Shown here one piece after another: positions 57,901 to 64,000 of a DNA stretch of 64,000 bases (position 1 is the first letter of the stretch; each line of letters starts with the position of its first letter). A program made the translations under genes and the position numbers. Source of the DNA: Turneriella sp. (GTDB lineage: Bacteria > Spirochaetota > Leptospiria > Turneriellales > Turneriellaceae); the NCBI GenBank assembly GCA_965279515.1, contig CBDIID010000003.1, positions 4,320,001 to 4,384,000 of the forward strand, written 5' to 3'. A model generated the notes under the pieces. It ran no database searches. It was not told the origin of the DNA and saw nothing but the letters and a program-made list of their open reading frames with translations.

Positions 57901-58959
57901 TCAGGAAAAATAAACCCAGAAACCCGCAATGAGCAGGTTGATCATCGCCAGCGGCACGAGTTTTTTCCAGCCCAGGTTCATGAGCTGGTCATAACGAAAG
58001 CGCGGAATCGACCAGCGTACCCAGACAAACAGGAAGACGAAGCCGAAGGCTTTGGCGAAAAAGAATGCCGAGCCGATGAGCGGCGCATACCATGTCGCCT
58101 TGATCCAGTCAGGTATGAAACCCGGGATGTTGTAGCCGCCGAAGAACAGCAACGCCGCCAGCAGCGAGAGCGTAATCATATTCATGTATTCGGCGATGAA
58201 GAACAACGCAAATTTAAAGGCGCCGTATTCGGTGTGGAAACCGACGACGAGTTCGCTTTCGGCTTCAGCGAGGTCAAAGGGCAGGCGGTTGGTTTCGGCG
58301 AACATTGTGACGAGAAAAATTAAAAATGCGATTGCCCCGGGTAGCGTTGCGACAAACCAGCGGTTCTCCTGCGCTTTGACAATGCGCGTCAGGTCAAGGC
58401 TGCCGGCGAGAATGACGACGACGGCGAGGCTTAAGGCCAGAGCCAGTTCATAAGAGATCATCTGCGCGGTTGAGCGCACCGAGCCCAACAGTGCATACTT
58501 GTTATTCGACGACCAGCCCGCGAGCATGATGCCGTAAACTGCCAGTGAGGCCACCGCCGACATATAGAGCAAACCGCCGCCGGGATTCATCACCTGGAAA
58601 ACAAACTCGCGCTGCCCGGTGGCTTCGCGCATAAAATCCGGAAGCTGCGTAAAAACCGGTGTGAAAGGGATCGCCGCCCACAACATAATGGCGGTCGTCA
58701 TCGACAACGCCGGCGCCAGTACAAAAATCCATTTGTCGGCATTGCGTGGTATGGTTTCCTGTTTGGTGAGGAATTTAATACCGTCAGCGAGCGGCTGAAG
58801 CAGGCCCCAAAGTCCCGCGCGGTTGGGCCCGTAGCGGTCCTGTATGTAGCCCGCCCATTTGCGTTCGAGCAAGGTGTAATAGGCCGCGCCGGTCATCATC
58901 GCGCCGAACAGGATAACGATCTTAATCACGACCCAGAGAATTTCACTGTGGTACCACAT
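57901..58959 (-). CDS. nuoH: NADH-quinone oxidoreductase subunit H
   Basis: ERK..IQDRYGPNR, GLLQPLADGIK, AQMISYE, AETNRLPFDLAEAESELVVG, RFRYDQLM. GGGAG RBS before ATG 58959. Confidence 0.96.
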   Translation of the reverse strand: MWYHSEILWVVIKIVILFGAMMTGAAYYTLLERKWAGYIQDRYGPNRAGLWGLLQPLADGIKFLTKQETIPRNADKWIFVLAPALSMTTAIMLWAAIPFTPVFTQLPDFMREATGQREFVFQVMNPGGGLLYMSAVASLAVYGIMLAGWSSNNKYALLGSVRSTAQMISYELALALSLAVVVILAGSLDLTRIVKAQENRWFVATLPGAIAFLIFLVTMFAETNRLPFDLAEAESELVVGFHTEYGAFKFALFFIAEYMNMITLSLLAALLFFGGYNIPGFIPDWIKATWYAPLIGSAFFFAKAFGFVFLFVWVRWSIPRFRYDQLMNLGWKKLVPLAMINLLIAGFWVYFS

Positions 58960-59010
58960 ACTCCCGTCCAACCCCGCTCAGTTAGCGCGCATGTCGAGCA
59001 GAATGATATT

Positions 59011-59946
59011 TCATGTGCTCCACAGCGGAAAAAAACGGAAAAAGAAACTGTAAAACACCGCCTGCTGGTTGAGCGGCCGGTTCCCGAAGATCCGCACTTC
59101 GAGGTTCCTGAGGTATTCCTGCACGAAATTCGCCGCCTGCACGGCCGCAACCGGCGTCATGCGCGTCAGTACAATCGGGGCAACAGGGGGGATCACCCCC
59201 TGGGTCGCCCGGTCGCGGAGCGCGGCCAGCAGAGGCAGGGCCGCAAACGCGAGCGCCCGGTTCTGCCGTGACACAGTCTCTTTTTCGAAGGCTTTTTTGG
59301 GCGTGAGGAAAAGTATCTTTTCCAGGGCGGAGAAATCATCTGCAGTATAAGTCATCTCATCGTAGGCCGTGCGCTGCGCGGCGACGATGCCTTCCATTGT
59401 GTCATCGAGATCGCGTTCACCGGAAAGAAAATAAAAACGCTTCCAGGGATCCGATGGTAAGTTCTCGCCGGCGGAAGGCTCGACGAAGCGCGTGATGATG
59501 GCGCGCGAGCGTATGGTTTCCTTGAGCAGGTCGGCGGTCTGCGCGCTCAGAAAAAAGTAATGCCGCAAATTGGGTTCTTCGAGTGTTTTCAGGAGCGCGG
59601 TTTCTGCTTCGTCTTTGATGCCGGCCGCGTTCTGGAAAATAATCACGCGTGCTTCGGATTTCCACGGTGCATAGGGTAATATTTTCCGCAGCAGGTGCCG
59701 CACCGTGCCTTCGGGGGCTTCCTTTTCCGGGCCGATCAGTACGCTCTCTCCCGCAAATTCCACAAGATCGGGATGCCGGCCTTCATTGACGAGTGTCGAG
59801 GTGAGCGCTTCGCTGTCGGCTTTTTCACGTCGGTTGAGGTGCAGAATGTCGCGGCCGAGATGGCGCAGGTAAGCGGCCTTCGCGGGTGAAGTATCGCCCT
59901 CGAAGATCACCGTCTGCGGCGCGTTCTGGGCCGTAATCTTCAGCAT
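59011..59946 (-). CDS. holB: DNA polymerase III delta-prime-like protein, divergent
   Basis: HPDL, AETALLKTLEEP, TIRSR motifs. P-loop degenerate. Confidence 0.7.
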   Translation of the reverse strand: MLKITAQNAPQTVIFEGDTSPAKAAYLRHLGRDILHLNRREKADSEALTSTLVNEGRHPDLVEFAGESVLIGPEKEAPEGTVRHLLRKILPYAPWKSEARVIIFQNAAGIKDEAETALLKTLEEPNLRHYFFLSAQTADLLKETIRSRAIITRFVEPSAGENLPSDPWKRFYFLSGERDLDDTMEGIVAAQRTAYDEMTYTADDFSALEKILFLTPKKAFEKETVSRQNRALAFAALPLLAALRDRATQGVIPPVAPIVLTRMTPVAAVQAANFVQEYLRNLEVRIFGNRPLNQQAVFYSFFFRFFPLWST

Positions 59947-59952
59947 CAGCTG

Positions 59953-60900
59953 TTAGCCATGCTGGCTACCAGCCGGCTGGTAGACGGGGGTCAGCCAGTG
60001 CATGTATTCGGGCATTTCACCGGATACCAGGGAGAAGAAGCGCTGCTGGATCTTCGCCGTTATCGGGCCGATTTTGCCGTCGCCGATCTGGCGGCGGTCG
60101 ATGCTTTCGATCCAGGCGATTTGCGCCCCAGTGCCGCAGAAGAAGACTTCGTCGGCGACATAGAGTTCGGTGCGGCTGATATCGCGCTCTTCGCTGGCGA
60201 GGCCCAGATCGGCGGCCAGCTGCAGAACACTGCGCCGCGTAATACCTTCGAGAATCGCCGAAGCGGTGCCGGGTGTGATGAGCTTGCCGTTGCGGATGAT
60301 GAAAATATTTTCCGCTGAACCTTCGGAAACCATGCCGCGGTGGTCCAGGAAGATCGCCTCGTCAAAACCGTTTTCGAGCGCTTCAGATTTTGCCAGCGCC
60401 GAATTGATATAACCGCCGGTGGCCTTCGCTCGCGCGGGAATCTGGTTGTCTGACAGGCGCACCCATGAGGATACCTGAACATTCATGCCGCGTTTGGTGT
60501 CGAGGTAGTCGTTTAGAGGGATAGCATAAAGCGCAAATTTATCTTCGACATTGTGGAGGCGCGGCGACATCGAGAGGTCTGATTTATAGATGAACGGACG
60601 CAGGTAGCAGTTCTCTTTCCATTCACCGTCGCGCAGCATCTGGAGCGTGATGTTTTTGAATTCCTCATACGGCATCGCCCAGTGCATGCGCAGAATTTTC
60701 GCCGACTGCCTCAGGCGTGTGTGGTGATCTTCAAGGCGGAAAAGGAAGAGATTTTTTTTATTTGCATTGTAGTATGCGCGCATGCCGCCGAAAAAAGCCG
60801 TGGCATACTGCAGCGCATGCGTCCGGATATTTACATTGGCGTCTTTGAGCGGAACAAATTTCCCTTCAAAGTACGCCGGCTTTTTTTCAAATTCTTCCAT
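59953..60900 (-). CDS. ilvE: Branched-chain amino acid aminotransferase
   Basis: HALQYATAFF, LFRL..H..RL, YLRP, AKATGGY, SEGSAENIF, ILEGITR, ADEVFFCGT. Start set at ATG 60900. Confidence 0.93.
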   Translation of the reverse strand: MEEFEKKPAYFEGKFVPLKDANVNIRTHALQYATAFFGGMRAYYNANKKNLFLFRLEDHHTRLRQSAKILRMHWAMPYEEFKNITLQMLRDGEWKENCYLRPFIYKSDLSMSPRLHNVEDKFALYAIPLNDYLDTKRGMNVQVSSWVRLSDNQIPARAKATGGYINSALAKSEALENGFDEAIFLDHRGMVSEGSAENIFIIRNGKLITPGTASAILEGITRRSVLQLAADLGLASEERDISRTELYVADEVFFCGTGAQIAWIESIDRRQIGDGKIGPITAKIQQRFFSLVSGEMPEYMHWLTPVYQPAGSQHG

Positions 60901-60910
60901 CAAAATTTCC

Positions 60911-61882
60911 TTACGCCGACTTGCGGGCCCCGAGACCCTCGAGGTAACGTTCGGCTTCGATCGCGGCCATGCAGCCCGAACCTGCAGCGGTGATGGCTTG
61001 GCGGTAGAAGTGGTCTTTGACGTCACCCGCGGCGAACACCCCCGGAATATTTGTTGCGGTTCTGTCGGGTTGTGTCACGAGATAGCCGGTTTCGTCCATA
61101 TCGAGCTGCCCCTTAAAAAGCGAGGTATTTGGCACGTGGCCGATGGCGATAAAAAGTCCCTGCACGGGAAAATCTTCAATGGCGCCGGTGCGCGGGTCTT
61201 TGAGTTTTAAACCCGTGACCGTTCCGGTCTTCTCTTCGCCATAGACTTCGTCGACAGTGGCAAAAGTTTTAAAGACAATTTTCGGATTATTCTTCGCGCG
61301 ATCGACCATGATCTTGCTGGCGCGGAAATTATCGCTGCGGTGCAGCAATGTGACTTTGCTCGCAAACTTGGTTAAGAAGTTCGCTTCTTCAAAGGCCGAA
61401 TCGCCGCCGCCGACAACCGCAACTTCCTTGCCGCGGAAAAAAAAGCCGTCGCAGGTGGCGCAGGCCGAGACGCCCTTGCCTTTATACGCGAGTTCCGATG
61501 GAATTCCCAGGAAACGTGCCGTTGCGCCCGTAGCGACGATGACGGTATCGCCGGTGTAGGTGACACCTTCGGCGGTAACCTTGAAGGGCGCGCCGCCCTT
61601 GAGTTCGGCTTTGTCCGCCAGCACCGATTTCAGCTCAGCACCGAACCTCTGTGCCTGCTTGCGAAACTCTTCCATGATCTCAGGTCCCTGGATGCCCGCG
61701 GCAAAACCGGGGTAATTCTCGACTTCGCTCGTGATCATGAGCTGCCCGCCGCGTTCAATCCCCTCGAGCACCAGCGTTTTCAGGTTCGCGCGCCCCGCGT
61801 AGATGGCCGCGGTATAACCTGCAGGGCCCGACCCGACAATAATCGTATCGTAGTGGTTGTTTTCATTGCTTCCGGCGCTCAT
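60911..61882 (-). CDS. trxB: Thioredoxin-disulfide reductase
   Basis: IVGSGPAGYTAAIY, GGQL..T.EVENYPG, GVSACATCDG, GGGDSA.EEA, GDV..YRQAITAAGSG. Confidence 0.97.
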   Translation of the reverse strand: MSAGSNENNHYDTIIVGSGPAGYTAAIYAGRANLKTLVLEGIERGGQLMITSEVENYPGFAAGIQGPEIMEEFRKQAQRFGAELKSVLADKAELKGGAPFKVTAEGVTYTGDTVIVATGATARFLGIPSELAYKGKGVSACATCDGFFFRGKEVAVVGGGDSAFEEANFLTKFASKVTLLHRSDNFRASKIMVDRAKNNPKIVFKTFATVDEVYGEEKTGTVTGLKLKDPRTGAIEDFPVQGLFIAIGHVPNTSLFKGQLDMDETGYLVTQPDRTATNIPGVFAAGDVKDHFYRQAITAAGSGCMAAIEAERYLEGLGARKSA

Positions 61883-61961
61883 AGAATGAAAATAATGGAA
61901 ATCGACTCATGCGGACAAGATTTTGTGTTTTCTGCCTAAAGCGCCGCGCGAATGGTGGCGC

Positions 61962-62462
61962 ATGAGGCTGCTTAGCGTTCTTTTGATCGTTTTTGGGGTG
62001 TGCGGCCTTACCCATTGTACCGCGGGCGTCGCGCACAATGTCGCAGTGATTCTCCCGACGCCGCACCTCAACGCAGAGGGCGGGGGGGCCAAACAATTCG
62101 GTAACCTGTTCTTTTACACCGACCGTAACATGCCCGATACGAGTCTGGCCTATGGTGCCCTGGTGTCGGGTAAACCCGCCGAAGCGATGACCCTGCTTGC
62201 GCGCATTGAGGCTTCGAACCTGCCCGAGATCCAGCGCGCGTACTGGCAGACCGACGTGGCAGTATGTTTTATTCTTGAGGGCCGCTATAAAGAGGCGGAT
62301 GAACTCCTGGTACAGGCCGGCATGACCGCCGATGAAGAGGCGATACGGCACAACCACCGCGTCAGCGTCTATTTAAATGAATCACAGAGACTTTCGAAAA
62401 AGAAACAGGCGCCGCCAACCATTGCGCCCGATGCTGCCAAAGAAAAGGATGCGAAAAAATAA
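61962..62462 (+). CDS. Putative lipoprotein with TPR-like helices
   Basis: MRLLSVLLIVFGVCGLTHC signal; AVCFILEGRYKEADELL TPR-like segment. Confidence 0.65.
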   Translation: MRLLSVLLIVFGVCGLTHCTAGVAHNVAVILPTPHLNAEGGGAKQFGNLFFYTDRNMPDTSLAYGALVSGKPAEAMTLLARIEASNLPEIQRAYWQTDVAVCFILEGRYKEADELLVQAGMTADEEAIRHNHRVSVYLNESQRLSKKKQAPPTIAPDAAKEKDAKK

Positions 62463-62874
62463 ACGTTGCTTCGTCGCGCTACTGGCGATCGTGGCATCTT
62501 TGGCAGGTTGTACGCTCAGCGAACCCTTACCGCAGGATTATTATTCCGGTACGGCAAAAATCGGCGGTGGTAATCCGCCGTCGGTGCCGGTGGTTACTTT
62601 TACTGCGGCGCAACTGCGTTTTGATTTTTCAGCATCGATCGATCCCGAAAGCGGCGGTGAAGTCGGCACCTACCTGATCTATACCTATGATGGAGAGCCG
62701 TCCACTTATTATGCTCCGCGCGATATTGTACTCACGATAACACCGCCCGCAGCGCGTACGTTCTACTACACCGGACTACAAAGTGGGGTGCGAACGGCGG
62801 TTGTAACCGGTTTTGACGGTTACCGCGAATCTGCGGTCACAACGCAGAATAAAATTACTTTCAGTTTTCCGTAA
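62449..62874 (+). CDS. Lipoprotein with FN3-like beta sandwich
   Basis: MRKNKR..VASLAGC lipobox; SASIDPE..GTYLIY, VVTGFDG.RES. AAGGA RBS. Confidence 0.7.
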   Translation: MRKNKRCFVALLAIVASLAGCTLSEPLPQDYYSGTAKIGGGNPPSVPVVTFTAAQLRFDFSASIDPESGGEVGTYLIYTYDGEPSTYYAPRDIVLTITPPAARTFYYTGLQSGVRTAVVTGFDGYRESAVTTQNKITFSFP

Positions 62875-62884
62875 CGAAACTTCG

Positions 62885-63826
62885 TCAGAACCGCGACTGG
62901 AATTGCAGCGCAACATTTAAACTGCGAAACTGCCGCGTCAGTTCGCGGAATTCCGTATCGCCCAGCTCTTCATTATACTTGCGCGCGGTGCGGTAACTCG
63001 AATAGATTTGCCCGATGTAGGCGCCGGTGGCAAAAGTCGTGAACAGAATCGATTGTACCGCGCTGTCACGCATGAAGCCGTCGTAGGCCAGAAACGCCGC
63101 GCCGCCCACGAGGCTAAAACTGACGATGCCGGTATCCCATTCGCCGAGCAGAAAATGGCCGCCGCCGGGCAGCAGCGCTGAAAAGGCGATCGCCCAATAA
63201 GGACTTTTCGCAGAAAGCTCCCTGGCTTTTTCAAGAATCGGCAGCGTCTTTTCGAAAAATTCACCGTATTGCGGATTCATCACCGCGCCCGCATCTTTTT
63301 TCGCTGACCAGTTTTTTTTCGCCGCCGTCATCCGCTCGAAGGCATCGCTAAATTTGCGGTTTCCCGCCGCCGCCATGCCGGCATAGATCGTATAATCGAG
63401 CACGTAAGGAGCTCCCTCGACGTCTGCCTGCAAATCCGTGAAGAGCCTGTCGGCGTTCGAATATTCATGGTTCTCGTAATAGCTTAGGGCAATATAATTC
63501 AGGGCGACAAATTTCAGCCTTGAGTCCTTCGATTCCGTCAGCGGCAAAAGTTCGTGTTTGGCCTGCGGAAACCTGCCGCCCTCATAATACATTTTGCCGA
63601 TCTGGAAATGTACCCATTCGAGTTTATCATAATCGGGAAACAGAAAGATGACTTTTTTGTATTCCGTGATGGCACGGTAATAATCCTGCTCATCGGCAAA
63701 TGCGTCGGCGAGGGTCAGGAAGGTTTGCGGTTTGGAAAAGTCGGGCTTGGTTTTGCCGGCGGCTTCCAGGGCTGAGGCATTCAGCGACAGGGCTGTGATC
63801 AGTACAAAAAGAGAGCGGGGGAGCAT
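62885..63826 (-). CDS. TPR protein with a TM2-like C-terminal region
   Basis: DYYRAITEYKKVIFLFP TPRs; KSPYWAIAFSALLPGGGHFLLG. Confidence 0.78.
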   Translation of the reverse strand: MLPRSLFVLITALSLNASALEAAGKTKPDFSKPQTFLTLADAFADEQDYYRAITEYKKVIFLFPDYDKLEWVHFQIGKMYYEGGRFPQAKHELLPLTESKDSRLKFVALNYIALSYYENHEYSNADRLFTDLQADVEGAPYVLDYTIYAGMAAAGNRKFSDAFERMTAAKKNWSAKKDAGAVMNPQYGEFFEKTLPILEKARELSAKSPYWAIAFSALLPGGGHFLLGEWDTGIVSFSLVGGAAFLAYDGFMRDSAVQSILFTTFATGAYIGQIYSSYRTARKYNEELGDTEFRELTRQFRSLNVALQFQSRF

Positions 63827-63999
63827 CAGTATTCTTTCGGCGGGTCTACCGGGTAATCGCGTTGGCCCGGGTGGCAGCGGATTAGGCGGTCGGTACCCAT
63901 GACGATACCCTTAAAGAGGCCGAATTTGCGGATCGCTTCGCCAGTATAGCGTGAGCAGGTCGGTGTGTAGTGGCAGGTTGCGCCTGACAGCGGGCTGAC
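63826..63999 (-). CDS. yidD: Membrane protein insertion efficiency factor YidD-like (5'-truncated; absent from the ORF track)
   Basis: Manual translation gives VSPLSGATCHYTPTCSRYTGEAIRKFGLFKGIVMGTDRLIRCHPG...DPPKEY*, with the three conserved Cys. Its TGA overlaps the next ATG. Confidence 0.88.
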   Translation of the reverse strand, partial: VSPLSGATCHYTPTCSRYTGEAIRKFGLFKGIVMGTDRLIRCHPGQRDYPVDPPKEY

Positions 64000-64000
64000 A

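Overview
A gene-dense, chromosomal-looking 64 kb window from a moderately GC-rich bacterium. The gene content suggests a spirochaete of the Leptospiraceae, Turneriella-like; this is inference, not a database result. The supporting content is FliM, a long RpoD, a 7TM-DISM adenylate cyclase, a Leptospira-style secreted lipase and many lipoproteins. There are about 52 CDSs, mostly housekeeping (pip, fliM, miaB, nth, rpoD, ggt, sppA, folD, fabG, pyrG, murD, argG, nuoH, ilvE, trxB, partial yidD). I saw no rRNA, tRNA, CRISPR array, transposase or integrase. The most interesting part is the divergent locus at 36.7-48.4 kb. Leftward is a very acidic 625-aa protein with seven spaced copies of a PIALSxEELDGIL motif that resembles the CheY-binding N-terminal peptide of FliM, followed by a GAF plus degenerate GGDEF-like protein. 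Rightward is a ~2,090-aa Cys-rich lipoprotein with phage-structural-like inserts and Ca-binding loops, followed by a FadL-like outer-membrane barrel. A perfect TGAACA-N3-TGTTCA palindrome precedes the rightward pair, and its sub-motifs recur upstream of the lipase. Other notable items are two families of repeated palindromes, a DUF2339/DUF3999-like fusion that keeps an internal RBS and signal peptide, degenerate PtsI-, MlaF- and HolB-like proteins, and an orphan nuoH. Family calls come from motif recognition by eye.
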